Made by a program: the position numbers and the translations under genes. Below, one piece after another: positions 43,140-53,358 of a stretch of 64,000 nt of DNA (positions are counted from its first letter, which is position 1; every line of letters starts with the position of its first letter). The notes beneath the pieces were generated by a model, which did not search any database, had not been told where the DNA came from, and saw only the letters and a list, made by a program, of their open reading frames with translations. The stretch is from Planctomycetota bacterium (GTDB lineage Bacteria > Planctomycetota > UBA1135 > UBA2386). The stretch spans positions 1,696,001 to 1,760,000 of the forward strand of contig OZ245006.1 in assembly GCA_965223545.1 (NCBI GenBank). Direction: 5' to 3'.

Positions 43140-44051
43140 CTAACCGCCAGTGCCGAACGCGTCACACTCGCGATAGGCGCGGATCACCGCCTGCTCGCCC
43201 TCACGGCCACCGCGTGAGTTGCCGTGCTCCATGCCGAGGATGCCGTCCCACTTGCGCCGGTGCAGCCAGCCGAAGATGTGCTTGTAGTTGATCTCGCCGG
43301 TGGTCGGCTCTTTGCGGCCGGGGTTGTCTCCGACCTGGAAGTAGCCGATCTCATCCCAAGCGCGCTGCATGTTCGGGATCAGGTTGCCCTCGGCAATCTG
43401 CTGGTGGTAGATGTCGAACAGGATCTTGCACGACGGGCTGCCGACCGCGCGGCACATCTGATAGGCGTGCGGGATCTTGGTGAGAAACACGCCGCCGTGG
43501 TCCCGCCACGGGTTGAGCGGCTCGAGCACCATTACCAAGCCCGCCGGCTCGCAGATCTCGGCGGCGTACTTGAGGGTGTCGATGCAGTTGGCGGTCTGGT
43601 ACTCCGGCTCCATTCCCTTGTCGAAGCCGCCCGGCACCACGGTGACCCACTTGGCACGCACCCGGCGCGCGACCTCCACCGAAGCGCGGATGTCGGCGAG
43701 GATCGCGTCGCGGTCGTCCTTCTTGCCGCTGACGAAATTGGGCTCCCGGAAGGAGGCGTGCGCCACGAACACTCCCATCTCCATGCCGTGACGGTCCATC
43801 TCGGCGCGAATGCGCTCTTGCAACGCGGGCTCGCGGCGCCGCATGCCATTGTCCTCCATGGCACGGAACCCCTGGTCGGCCATGAACTTGACCTGGTCGA
43901 CGAGGTCTTCGGCATGGTGGCGGAACATGCCGAAATGCGGCGCGTACTTCATGCGAAACGGCTCCGCCGGCCGGCGCGGCCGGACGGCGGCGAGCGCCGC
44001 GCCGGTGCCGGTGGCACCGGCACCGATGGCGAGAAAGGCCCTGCGATTCAT
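43140..44051 (-). CDS. Tat-exported hydroxypyruvate-isomerase-like TIM-barrel protein
   Basis: MNRRAFL twin-arginine signal; LEPLN, FDIYHQQ and DNPGRKEP motifs. Confidence 0.88.
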   Translation of the reverse strand: MNRRAFLAIGAGATGTGAALAAVRPRRPAEPFRMKYAPHFGMFRHHAEDLVDQVKFMADQGFRAMEDNGMRRREPALQERIRAEMDRHGMEMGVFVAHASFREPNFVSGKKDDRDAILADIRASVEVARRVRAKWVTVVPGGFDKGMEPEYQTANCIDTLKYAAEICEPAGLVMVLEPLNPWRDHGGVFLTKIPHAYQMCRAVGSPSCKILFDIYHQQIAEGNLIPNMQRAWDEIGYFQVGDNPGRKEPTTGEINYKHIFGWLHRRKWDGILGMEHGNSRGGREGEQAVIRAYRECDAFGTGG

Positions 44052-44095
44052 GCCTACTCCAATCGACCTGCGGTCAGGATAACGTCGGAGACGAG

Positions 44096-45139
44096 ATGCT
44101 CACCATAGTCACGCCCTCGCGCCACCGCCACGCAGTGTCCGTGCTGCTGGCGGTCGGAATCGCCGTTTCCGCCGTGCGGGCCGACGCGCCGCAGACGGCG
44201 CCGACGGCTCCTGCGCCACCGCAGGAGCTGCTGCCGGCGGACATGCGCTCGTACCGCCAGACCATCCCCGGGACCCGGGTCGGCTTCGACATGATCGCCC
44301 TGCCCGGCGGCACCTTCACCATGGGCAGCGCGGAGACCGAGACCGGCCGCAACGACGACGAAGGCCCACGGCACGCGGTCGAGCTCGCGCCTTTTTGGAT
44401 CGGCAAGTGCGAAGTCACGTGGGACGAGTACGACATCTGGTCGCAGAAGCTCGACCGCGAGCCGCCGCCCGGCGTGGATGCGGTGGCGCGGCCGACCCCG
44501 CCGTACTGCGACATGACGTTCGGAATGGGGCACGACGGCTACCCGGCGATCTGCATGACTCAGCTCGCGGCACGCACCTACTGCGAGTGGCTGTCGGCCA
44601 CCACGGGGCACCACTATCGGCTGCCCACCGAGGCCGAGTGGGAGTACGCCTGCCGCGCGGGCACCGACACCGCGTACAGCTTCGGCGACGACCCGGAACA
44701 GATCGACGAGTACGCGTGGTTCGTCGACAACAGCGACGAGGAGTACCACCCCGTCGGCCAAAAGCGCCCCAATCCCTGGGGCCTGCACGACATGCACGGC
44801 AACGTCGCGGAGTGGGTGCTGGATGCGTACGCGCCCGACACCTATGCCGGCCGCAGCCGGGAATCGTCGACGGTGGCACCGCTGCTCGAGCCGACCAAGC
44901 TCTACCCCCGGGTCGTGCGCGGCGGCTCCTGGGAAGACGAGCCGGGGATGCTGCGCAGCGCGGCGCGGCTGGGTTCCGATCCGACGTGGAAAGAGCAGGA
45001 CCCGCAAATCCCCAAGAGCATCTGGTATCACACGGACGCGCTGTTCTTGGGCTTCCGGGTGGTACGCGTCTACGAGACAGCGCCGCCGAAGGGCGATGCG
45101 CCGCCCGGTGAGGCGGCCGACGGCGGCCGGCCTCAGTAG
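44096..45139 (+). CDS. Formylglycine-generating enzyme (SUMF1/FGE-sulfatase) domain protein
   Basis: RLPTEAEWEYACRAG, NPWGLHDMHGNVAEW, RGGSW and GFRVV motifs. Confidence 0.92.
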   Translation: MLTIVTPSRHRHAVSVLLAVGIAVSAVRADAPQTAPTAPAPPQELLPADMRSYRQTIPGTRVGFDMIALPGGTFTMGSAETETGRNDDEGPRHAVELAPFWIGKCEVTWDEYDIWSQKLDREPPPGVDAVARPTPPYCDMTFGMGHDGYPAICMTQLAARTYCEWLSATTGHHYRLPTEAEWEYACRAGTDTAYSFGDDPEQIDEYAWFVDNSDEEYHPVGQKRPNPWGLHDMHGNVAEWVLDAYAPDTYAGRSRESSTVAPLLEPTKLYPRVVRGGSWEDEPGMLRSAARLGSDPTWKEQDPQIPKSIWYHTDALFLGFRVVRVYETAPPKGDAPPGEAADGGRPQ

Positions 45140-46827
45140 GCCAACGCCGCGCCGCCCGAACGAGTGTCGGCGACGGCCACCCGCAAGCCGTCGGCACGCA
45201 CCTCGATCGCCTGGCAGCGGCCGATCGCGCGCGGCGCGCCGGCGAACGTGTGCCCCATCTCGGCGAGCCGCGCGCGCACGTCGGCGCTGAGCAAGAACCG
45301 CTCGTACACCAGGCGTTCGGGCTTCCACTGGTGGTGGATGCGGGGCGCATCGACCGCCGCAGCCAGCGGCATGCCGTGGTCGACGACGTTGAGCACGACC
45401 TGCAACACCGTGTTGATGATGCGCCCGCCGCCGGGGCTGCCCAGCACGTAGCGCACCGCCCCATCGCGCACCAAGACCGTCGGCGTCATCGACGACAGCA
45501 TGCGCTTTCCCGGGGCGATGGCGTTCGCCTCGCCGCCGACCAAGCCGAACTGATTGGGGACGCCCGGCTTGGCCGAGAAGTCGTCCATCTCGTTGTTCAG
45601 CAGAAACCCGGCCCCGCCGACGACGAGCCCGCTGCCGAAGGTCGAGTTGATCGTCGTCGTGCACGCGACCGCGTTGCCCTCGGCATCGATGACCGAGAAG
45701 TGTGTCGTGTCCTCGCCTTCCTCCACGCCGGCCGGTCGGCCAGGAGCGACCTCGGACACCCGGTCGGTGCGCATGCCCGCGCGCAGCTGCTCGGCGTAGT
45801 CCTTGGCGACCAGCCCCTCGACCGGCACCGCGTAGTGGTCGGGATCGCCGAGCCAGCGCGCGCGATCGGCAAACGCGCGCCGCATTGCCTCGGTCATCAA
45901 GTGCAGCGTCGCGCTGCTGCCGAACCCCATTCCGTGCAGATCGTAGGGCTCGAGCAGATTGAGCATTTGCAGCAGAGCGACTCCACCCGACGACGGCGGC
46001 GGCATCGAGATCACCTCGAAGCCGCGGTAGCGGCCGACCAGCGGTCGCCGCTCCACCGGCGTGTAGGCGCGCAGATCCTCGGCATCGATCAAGCCACCGC
46101 TCGCCTCCATCTGCGCCACCACCAACCCCGCGGTCTCGCCGCGGTAGAAGCCGTCGGCACCGCGGGCGGCAAACCGCTCGAGCGTCGCCGCCAACTCAGG
46201 CTGCACCAGACGATCACCGCGGGCCAGAGGCTTTCCGTCGGCGAAGAACACCGCGCGCGTCGTCGGAAAGCGCCCCAGCTTGGCCGCGCTCCGACGCAAC
46301 GATCCGGCGAGGAAGTGGTCGACGACGAACCCCTCGCGCGCCAGCCGGATCGCCGGCTCGGCAACTTCTTCCAGGGTCAGAGTGCCATAGCGATCGACCA
46401 GCCACGCGATCCCGGCGGGGCTGCCCGGCACTCCCGCCGCGGTCGCACCCACCTGGCTTCGCTCGAAGTCGACCGTGCCATCGGCCGCGAGGTACAGATC
46501 GCGCGTCGCGCGCCCGGGAGCCCGCTCGCGAAAATCGAGCGCGATGTTGGCTCCCGACGCCGTGCGCAGCACGACGAAACCGCCACCGCCCAGGTTGCCC
46601 GCCTGCGGGTGGGTCACCGCCAAGGCCAAGAACGTCGCCGCCGCCGCGTCGACCGCGTTGCCGCCGCGGCGCAGCATCGCCAGGCCGGCCGCCGCGGCGT
46701 GCGGCTCCGCCGCGACCACCGCTCCGGCACGCCCTTCGGCGACGCGATCGTTGACCCCACCACCGCCACCGCCGGCGGCGGCCAGCACCCCCGCGAGCAA
46801 GACGCCCGCGCCGAGCTCAGGCGTCAT
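45133..46827 (-). CDS. ggt: Gamma-glutamyltransferase
   Basis: GGNAVDAA, DFRERAP, TTHFSV nucleophile, NNEMDDF, SSMTP and GSPGG. Confidence 0.96.
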   Translation of the reverse strand: MTPELGAGVLLAGVLAAAGGGGGGVNDRVAEGRAGAVVAAEPHAAAAGLAMLRRGGNAVDAAAATFLALAVTHPQAGNLGGGGFVVLRTASGANIALDFRERAPGRATRDLYLAADGTVDFERSQVGATAAGVPGSPAGIAWLVDRYGTLTLEEVAEPAIRLAREGFVVDHFLAGSLRRSAAKLGRFPTTRAVFFADGKPLARGDRLVQPELAATLERFAARGADGFYRGETAGLVVAQMEASGGLIDAEDLRAYTPVERRPLVGRYRGFEVISMPPPSSGGVALLQMLNLLEPYDLHGMGFGSSATLHLMTEAMRRAFADRARWLGDPDHYAVPVEGLVAKDYAEQLRAGMRTDRVSEVAPGRPAGVEEGEDTTHFSVIDAEGNAVACTTTINSTFGSGLVVGGAGFLLNNEMDDFSAKPGVPNQFGLVGGEANAIAPGKRMLSSMTPTVLVRDGAVRYVLGSPGGGRIINTVLQVVLNVVDHGMPLAAAVDAPRIHHQWKPERLVYERFLLSADVRARLAEMGHTFAGAPRAIGRCQAIEVRADGLRVAVADTRSGGAALAY

Positions 46828-47065
46828 GCGCGGTTTCGCCCAGCCCGTCGACCACCACGATGCCACGCTCGTCGAGGTACACCAGGATCCGGTCGATCTC
46901 CTCTTGCGCACCCTCGAGCTCGAGGGCGATGAAGCCGCCCTGCTCGTTGACCGACGCCCCGCGGATGTTCACGACGACGTCGAACTGCCGGTTGAGCTGG
47001 TAGAGCAGCGGCTGCTGCACCAGCTCCTGGGAGAATTCGAAGTGGATGTTGCGCTTGACGGTCAC
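46817..47065 (-). CDS. NIL-domain small protein
   Basis: QPLLYQLNRQFDVVVNIRGASV...LELEG pattern. Confidence 0.8.
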   Translation of the reverse strand: MTVKRNIHFEFSQELVQQPLLYQLNRQFDVVVNIRGASVNEQGGFIALELEGAQEEIDRILVYLDERGIVVVDGLGETAHDA

Positions 47066-47305
47066 CAAGGGCCTCGGGAGGGAACGCGCGCCCACCGCCG
47101 GCACCCGCCACGACGGCGGCGCCCGGGTCGCGTTCTCCCGATCGTAGCGCCTATCCATGGAAATCGCTGGCCGCGGCCCACTTTCTCCCACGCCATCGCG
47201 AGCACGCCTCCCTTGATCCGGCCCCCGCGCGCCCGTAGCCTCTCTGCCCCTCGCCGGCCGAGGGCCGCTTACAGCGGTCCCGGACGGAGAGTCTGCCGCG
47301 CGCAA

Positions 47306-47379
47306 GGTGACGTGGCCGAGTGGTTAGGCACAGGATTGCAAATCCTGCTACAGCGGTTCGATTCCGCTCGTCACCTCCA
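47306..47379 (+). tRNA. tRNA-Cys (GCA)
   Basis: Cloverleaf; anticodon arm CAGGA-TTGCAAA-TCCTG; GGTTCGATTCC T-loop; CCA end. Confidence 0.97.
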
Positions 47380-47387
47380 TCCGGCAC

Positions 47388-47419
47388 GTACGGTGTCTGA
47401 CTCGATTTTCTCGCTTCGC
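47388..47419 (+). repeat. REP-like repeat copy
   Basis: GTACGGTGTCTGACTCGATTTTCTCGCTTCGC, 8 nt after tRNA-Cys. Confidence 0.85.
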
Positions 47420-47643
47420 CCGCGCGCCGCCCGGCGACTTGCGCGGATTCGCCGGCGAGAGCGGAAGCGTTCTCGATAGCGCGACGCCAAGGCGGCTACG
47501 GTTGCTCCCGCGCGCCGCCGGCCCGTTCTTCCTCTCGAGAACGCGACCGCGCGCGCCACCCACGGCACTCGGTTTTCGTTTGCTCGCTTGGGACGCCGGT
47601 GTCCCTCCGCCGGAATTAGACCCCAAAGGAGAACACCGCTGTC

Positions 47644-49053
47644 ATGGTGAACGTAACCAACCCTCTTTGTGGCGCGCCAGCACTCTTGCTCGCCGCCGTC
47701 TCTGTCAATGGCATCCGTTGCCAAACCGCGTGGACACAGCTGCCCGTGTCCGTACCCGCGACTCAGATCATCGATGCGCAGGTGGCGTACGACGAATGCC
47801 GCCAGCAACTCGTCGTGGTCGGCTCGACCACCAACAGCTCCATCCAGCAAGTCTGGGTCCTCGGCGCGAGCGGCTCGTGGGTGAATGTCACTCCAGCGAA
47901 CGCCCCAACGGGACGCACAGAGTTCGGGCTCGCCAACGACGGCTGCGACCTGATTCTATTCGGCGGCAAGGCGTTGGCGGGCCAGCTCCTGGACGACACG
48001 TGGATCTGGGACGGCACGAACTGGACGCAAGCAACGAAGATCCCCGGGTCCTGGCCCAGCGCCAGGTACGGCCATGCGATGGCCGCCGACCGATCCATCA
48101 CCGGCGGGGGGGCGATCATGTACGGCGGCAAGGCGAACCTCGGAACCATGCAGGTCGGAACCTGGAGGTTCAACAAGGGCACGCAAACGTGGACCAGCTT
48201 GGGTGCGCAAGCCAGCGATCCCGCGCTCAGGACGAACGCGCTTTGCTCGTACATCGAGACGCCCACGGGCCTGGTGGGCATGGCGATGATGGGAGGAATT
48301 GACGGCGCCGGCGCATACGTCGCCGATGGAATGCACATCTGGAACGACACGACGCTGCAGTGGACTCAGATGTTGGCTCTGCCACCCGAGGCTCAGCAGC
48401 GACAGCTCGGCGTCATGACCTATGACTTCCAGCGGCAACGAATCATCGTCAGTGGCGGCACCGGCCCCGCTGGGTCGTTGACCGACACGTGGGAATACGA
48501 CGACCTGGCCTCGACCTGGTTGCAGCGGTCGGCAGGGCCCGCCCCAATAGGATCTAGCGGCATACCGTACTTCGACGGGGCCTATCGGACGGATGACTAC
48601 GACTGCATCGCGGTCACTGCCACCGGAACCCACCGCTACGCAGTCACCAACCCGCCGTCCTACACCACATCCGGCACGCCATGTTCCGGTCAATCCACGC
48701 CAGTACTCAGTGTTCCATATGGCGAGTTCCCCTGGGTCGGTGAGGTGTTCGACCTCGAAGTGTTCGGGCTGATCCCCGGGAACGCGACTTCACTCCTATT
48801 CGACACACAGAGCAGCGCTCCGATTCCGTTTGGCAGCTGCACGCTCTACGTCGACCCGGCTTCCCCGACCGTGATCCTGCTCCCGATGCCGAACGCGGAT
48901 GCCATTGGGAGAAGCGCGATCGGGCTACCGCTCCCCAACAACCCCGCGTTCGTCGGGACTCAGTTCTACAACCAAGCGTTGCACGCGGACCCAGCAGGAC
49001 CGAGCGGGCTTGCGATGTCGGACAAGGGCACCGCGACCATCGGCGGTAAGTAG
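47644..49053 (+). CDS. Secreted Kelch-like beta-propeller protein with shared C-terminal domain
   Basis: LFGG...DTWIWDGTNW, SARYGHAMA and DTWEYD; C-terminus LPNNPAFVGTQFYNQA. Confidence 0.85.
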   Translation: MVNVTNPLCGAPALLLAAVSVNGIRCQTAWTQLPVSVPATQIIDAQVAYDECRQQLVVVGSTTNSSIQQVWVLGASGSWVNVTPANAPTGRTEFGLANDGCDLILFGGKALAGQLLDDTWIWDGTNWTQATKIPGSWPSARYGHAMAADRSITGGGAIMYGGKANLGTMQVGTWRFNKGTQTWTSLGAQASDPALRTNALCSYIETPTGLVGMAMMGGIDGAGAYVADGMHIWNDTTLQWTQMLALPPEAQQRQLGVMTYDFQRQRIIVSGGTGPAGSLTDTWEYDDLASTWLQRSAGPAPIGSSGIPYFDGAYRTDDYDCIAVTATGTHRYAVTNPPSYTTSGTPCSGQSTPVLSVPYGEFPWVGEVFDLEVFGLIPGNATSLLFDTQSSAPIPFGSCTLYVDPASPTVILLPMPNADAIGRSAIGLPLPNNPAFVGTQFYNQALHADPAGPSGLAMSDKGTATIGGK

Positions 49054-49097
49054 GCTGCCACGCGGCGCCGGCCGGGCGGCGCGCCTGTTCGCGCTGT

Positions 49098-52000
49098 TCA
49101 GCGTCCCAACGTCGCCCGCACGGGGTTGCTCATCGCGAAGCTCCCCGGCACACCGACGACCCCGCTCACGGCGTGCGCCACGATGCGCACGCCGAGAAGG
49201 GCGGGAGAATTCGGCACCGGCAACTGGGCACGGAATCCGTTCGCTGTCGACATGGCCGGCCATGCAACCAGCGGGGCCGCCGCAAGGTGGGAATAGCACG
49301 CGGGGGATCGAGCCAGCGATGGTTTGCCCGGCACGCCGACGAGGAGTAGACCCGCGGCTCCCGAGACTCGACCCGCGACGTCAAGCACAAGCGCCCCTGC
49401 CAAAACGGGGTCCGTCACTCCTTCCATTCGAGGCGGCGTTCCGAGGACACTGCCACAACCGACACCAGTCGACTGCGAAGTCGCGCCCGGGTCGATCACG
49501 GTCAGCTCGCGGCCCAGGACCGGGTCCCGCGCGCTGACCAAGAGCCGCCCGCCAACCAAAGCGTTGACGGGCGCTGTCGTCCCGCCAGCGGACTGGGTCG
49601 CCAAGACGAGCCCCGTTCCGAGCGCGGTTCCGTCGGTGCGCCACAGCTCCATGGCACCGTCGACGAGCATGTGCACGAAAGCGTGGCGGGCTCCCACCGG
49701 CAGGACCTCGAACGGCCACCAGCGCTGATTGCTGCTCGGCTGGTGCAGCAAGGCGAAGCGCATCCCGTCCCAGAACCACAGGCCGCCGCTGTCGGACTCC
49801 ACCAAGACGACGCCACCCGGCAGCTTCCCGGCAACCGCGCCTCGCACCGGCCGTTGGCCGGAAAAAACACTGCTGGCAGGCACGGTTCCGACGGGGGTCC
49901 CGTCGGACACCCACAGCTGCTCGGCCGAAGAAGCCGACCCGGCATCGATCAGCATCCTGCTCCCGCCGACACCGAGGACGCGCGGCATCGAGCCCACAGG
50001 ACCCGGCTCGAGATCCGCGAGCCGAACGGTTCCACCGCTGGTCGCATCGGTGATCCAAAGCTCCTTGCCGGCCGAGCCGTCGTCGGCCGAGAACACGATC
50101 CGGCCACCGAAGGTGCTCAGTAGCCGTGGCGATGATGACCCCAGAGGATTGACGTCCGCGACCTGCGTCGTCCCCACCGCTGTTCCGTCCGTCCGCCACA
50201 GCTCGAGCCCGCTCGCCGCGTCGTCCATCGAGAACAAGGCGACACCCCCGATCACGCCGAGCCAGCCGACCCCGGGCACCTGAGATTGCCACGACCGCAC
50301 GCGACGGGTCCCGGCGCCCGTTCCATCCGTCGACCAAAGCTCTCTGCCGGCACCCGACGACGTGAGGATCAGCAGCCGGTCGCGCAGTGGCTGCACTCCA
50401 GCGATCAGAGTGTCGGCCAGGCCAGTGGTCATGTCCGCCAGGACATACGTGCCACTCGCGGTGCCATCCGAACGCCACAGCTCGCTTCCAGTCGCGAACG
50501 GATCATGGGCGACGACGAGCACGAGGTCTCGCCAAGCCGTCGGCTGGAACCGCTGCGGCTCGAAATCGACGCCCGTGGGCGCGGGCACGGGTCGGGTTCC
50601 CGCGGGTGAGCCGTCGGTGCGCCATAGTCGGTTCCACGGCGGGCCGGGCACGGCCTGCGAGAAGTAGAACGCCTGGGTCTGCGCCACGGCCATGAAACTC
50701 GGACCCGGCGACCCTCTGGGCTGGGTGTCGGCCAACAGCACAGTGCCCGTCGAAGTACCGTCGCTCACCCAAATTTCGCGGCCATGAACGCCGTCGTCCG
50801 CACTGAAGAGCGCGAGCTCGCCGAACTCGGTGATCATCTGCGGCGACGAGTCCTGGGTCGCTCCGAAAGGCACCGACTCGATGTCAGCCACCAACGCCAC
50901 GCTTCGCCCATCGAACGACCAAGCCTCGAGCCCTCGCACTCCATCGTCGGCGGCGAACAAGCTCGGCGTCGAACCCGCACTCGCGGTGAGTCGCGAAGGC
51001 GACGAGCTTGCTGGACCGGACCAGACATCGACACCTCTGGTGCCGGCAGGCGTTCCATCGGTGACCCACGGCTCTCGCCCGATCCGACCGTTCTCCGCCG
51101 TGAACAGAAACGTCCCGTTCGGTCCTGCTACGACGTCTTCCGGCCAGCTCGATGACACGCCCGGCAGCAAGTCGAGCGAGCGGCTTCCGCCCGGAGTCCC
51201 ATCGGAGCACCAAAGCTCGTAGCCACCAAACGGCTCGACTCCCGTAAAGGCGATGGACGATCCGGACACGGCGAGACTGCGCTTGAAGCGACCCGCAAAG
51301 CCGCTGCCCAACCCCGGGTAGGCGTCGACCACGAGCAGCGTCCCGGCCGCCGAACCGTCCGAGCGCCAAACCTCGGTCCCAAAGCGCGGGTGGGTCGCGC
51401 CAAAGACGACCTCGTTGCCGAAACGCTGCACGGCGACGGGCCAGCTGCTCACCGGGCCCGGGTTCAAGTCCACGACCATGCGCGTTCCGGCCGGCGTACC
51501 ATCGGTGCACCAGAGCTCATCGCCGGTCGCCGCATCCGTGCCGACGAAGAACAAGAGCGCGCCGGCCGCCACCAGATCGCTCGACGCCGGCGCGATCCCC
51601 GCACGCACCAGCGCGGTCCCCGACGTCGTGCCATCCGTGCGCCAGAGATCCAACGCCGACGATTGACCGGCGAAGAAGTACACATCCCCGTTGAGCGTCG
51701 CGAGCTTCCGCGGGTCGGAGCTGGCGCTGCCCGGGGCGAGGTCTACCACTTGGCGGGTACCCTGCGGGGTCCCGTCAGTGCGCCACAACTCACGCCCGCG
51801 CACGGAATCGAAGGCGCTGAAGTAAAGCACGCCACTGACGACCACGCCGGGCGCCGGCGCCGACCCGCTGCCGCCGGGGTTGATGTCGGCCAGGAGTACC
51901 GCCGAGGTGCCGACCGTGATCCACGGCTCGCCGACGAGTTGTCCGTGCAGGGGGTCCGTCGCTGAGAAGACCATTTCTCCCGCCAAGCTCCCGATCGGCG

Positions 52001-52277
52001 TCGCGCCAAGCCCTGAAGGGCCGGGATACACATCGAAAGGGCGCACCACTCCTCCCGTGAGCTCGAAGAGCTCACCGCCAACGGCCGACTGTATCGCCGA
52101 GCAGAACACACGGTTTCCAGCCGACGCAAACCTCTGTGGGTTCCCCGACAGGTTTGGCCGCGGCGTCGTGTTGACGTCGATGACCGTTGCGATCCCCTGG
52201 GCGCGAGCTTCCGCTCCCCCACCCAGCAACACCAGAACAAGCGGCGCTACGCACCGCCGACTTCCCAGAATCCTCAT
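49098..52277 (-). CDS. ELWxxDGT-repeat secreted protein with shared C-terminal domain
   Basis: Many ELWxxDGT repeats; signal peptide; GVGCG linker; VPNSPALLG. Confidence 0.9.
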   Translation of the reverse strand: MRILGSRRCVAPLVLVLLGGGAEARAQGIATVIDVNTTPRPNLSGNPQRFASAGNRVFCSAIQSAVGGELFELTGGVVRPFDVYPGPSGLGATPIGSLAGEMVFSATDPLHGQLVGEPWITVGTSAVLLADINPGGSGSAPAPGVVVSGVLYFSAFDSVRGRELWRTDGTPQGTRQVVDLAPGSASSDPRKLATLNGDVYFFAGQSSALDLWRTDGTTSGTALVRAGIAPASSDLVAAGALLFFVGTDAATGDELWCTDGTPAGTRMVVDLNPGPVSSWPVAVQRFGNEVVFGATHPRFGTEVWRSDGSAAGTLLVVDAYPGLGSGFAGRFKRSLAVSGSSIAFTGVEPFGGYELWCSDGTPGGSRSLDLLPGVSSSWPEDVVAGPNGTFLFTAENGRIGREPWVTDGTPAGTRGVDVWSGPASSSPSRLTASAGSTPSLFAADDGVRGLEAWSFDGRSVALVADIESVPFGATQDSSPQMITEFGELALFSADDGVHGREIWVSDGTSTGTVLLADTQPRGSPGPSFMAVAQTQAFYFSQAVPGPPWNRLWRTDGSPAGTRPVPAPTGVDFEPQRFQPTAWRDLVLVVAHDPFATGSELWRSDGTASGTYVLADMTTGLADTLIAGVQPLRDRLLILTSSGAGRELWSTDGTGAGTRRVRSWQSQVPGVGWLGVIGGVALFSMDDAASGLELWRTDGTAVGTTQVADVNPLGSSSPRLLSTFGGRIVFSADDGSAGKELWITDATSGGTVRLADLEPGPVGSMPRVLGVGGSRMLIDAGSASSAEQLWVSDGTPVGTVPASSVFSGQRPVRGAVAGKLPGGVVLVESDSGGLWFWDGMRFALLHQPSSNQRWWPFEVLPVGARHAFVHMLVDGAMELWRTDGTALGTGLVLATQSAGGTTAPVNALVGGRLLVSARDPVLGRELTVIDPGATSQSTGVGCGSVLGTPPRMEGVTDPVLAGALVLDVAGRVSGAAGLLLVGVPGKPSLARSPACYSHLAAAPLVAWPAMSTANGFRAQLPVPNSPALLGVRIVAHAVSGVVGVPGSFAMSNPVRATLGR

Positions 52278-52339
52278 TCACCCATCATACTCACTCCGGA
52301 GAGCTGAACCGCTGGTTCCGCCGCGCGTTTGCGCCCGGA

Positions 52340-53248
52340 ATGCCTCTGTTCCCCACGCACCCAACGGTCCTGCCGCTCCTGCTGGTGGCGCCACTCACCG
52401 CGCAGCGCAACGCCCCGTCAGCGCTCGACGACCACTTGGTACGACAAGTGGTCGAGCGCGAACGCGTGTCACTGCCGCGCGCATCCACCGGCACGCCGAT
52501 CAACGCCGAGGGCGGCCCGCGCGGTCTGTTGGTCTGGCGCGACGGAGAGTTGCCGCGGGCGGTCGCGCTGCCCCGCGCCGAGCGGCCGCGCGCGGCCGAC
52601 GTGGCGCCGCCGACGCCGCCGGAGCTGGGTAGCGCCGTGGTCGAAGAGATCGAACTCGAAGCCGAAGCCGGGGCCGAGGCCGAGCCCGAAGACCCAGCCA
52701 CGCCAACCTCCGCGACCACCACAGCGGGGCTGGTCGCGATCGAGCTGCTCACCGCCGAGGACGGACCAGCCATCCGCATCGCCCGCAGCCCGCCACAATC
52801 CCTCGCCAACCGAGAGCACGCCATCGACGCGCTGCAGCTGGCACGCGGCGACCGAGAAGCCACCGCCCTCCTCACTCCAACTGCCGAAGCGCCGCTACAG
52901 GCCATCGTCGACGCCCTCGACGCGCTGCACGCGGCCGGCTTCTCCATGATCGCGTTTGGCGGGATCCACGGCGACCGCCTGACCGGCGTCGAGCAGCACG
53001 CGATCCAGTCGGCACCCGAAGCACTCGGCTTTCGCCGCGAGCCGCCGACCGCGCCGGGGATGCCGGGCATCATCGATGGCGAGATGTTGCTGCTGCTCGA
53101 CGCCGACCGGCCTTGGCAGCGCGTCGGCCGCATGTACGAGGCCCTGGCCTTGGCCGGCGTCTGGCGCATCGCTCTCGTCGTCGAAGACCGCGACGGCGCA
53201 CGCCGCCGGCTGCCGATCCCGATCCCAACGGATCCGGCCACCCGGTGA
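52340..53248 (+). CDS. Exported protein with two ExbD/TolR-like periplasmic domains
   Basis: APLQAIVDALDALHAAGFSMIAF and DADRPWQRVGRMYEALALAGVWRIAL resemble ExbD C-terminal domains. Confidence 0.55.
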   Translation: MPLFPTHPTVLPLLLVAPLTAQRNAPSALDDHLVRQVVERERVSLPRASTGTPINAEGGPRGLLVWRDGELPRAVALPRAERPRAADVAPPTPPELGSAVVEEIELEAEAGAEAEPEDPATPTSATTTAGLVAIELLTAEDGPAIRIARSPPQSLANREHAIDALQLARGDREATALLTPTAEAPLQAIVDALDALHAAGFSMIAFGGIHGDRLTGVEQHAIQSAPEALGFRREPPTAPGMPGIIDGEMLLLLDADRPWQRVGRMYEALALAGVWRIALVVEDRDGARRRLPIPIPTDPATR

Positions 53249-53358
53249 TCACGGGCTCCTGACTCGGAGCCCGAGCCTTGGAGGATGCGATCCGAATCGG
53301 CGCGGGCTCTCCGGTCCTCCCGCCGACCTGGTAACGTCTCGGCCCTCGCCACGCGCCG

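Noticed and set aside
47380..52277. Genomic island integrated at tRNA-Cys
   Set aside because: No duplicated tRNA 3' end or integrase seen; only accessory-type genes and a REP copy
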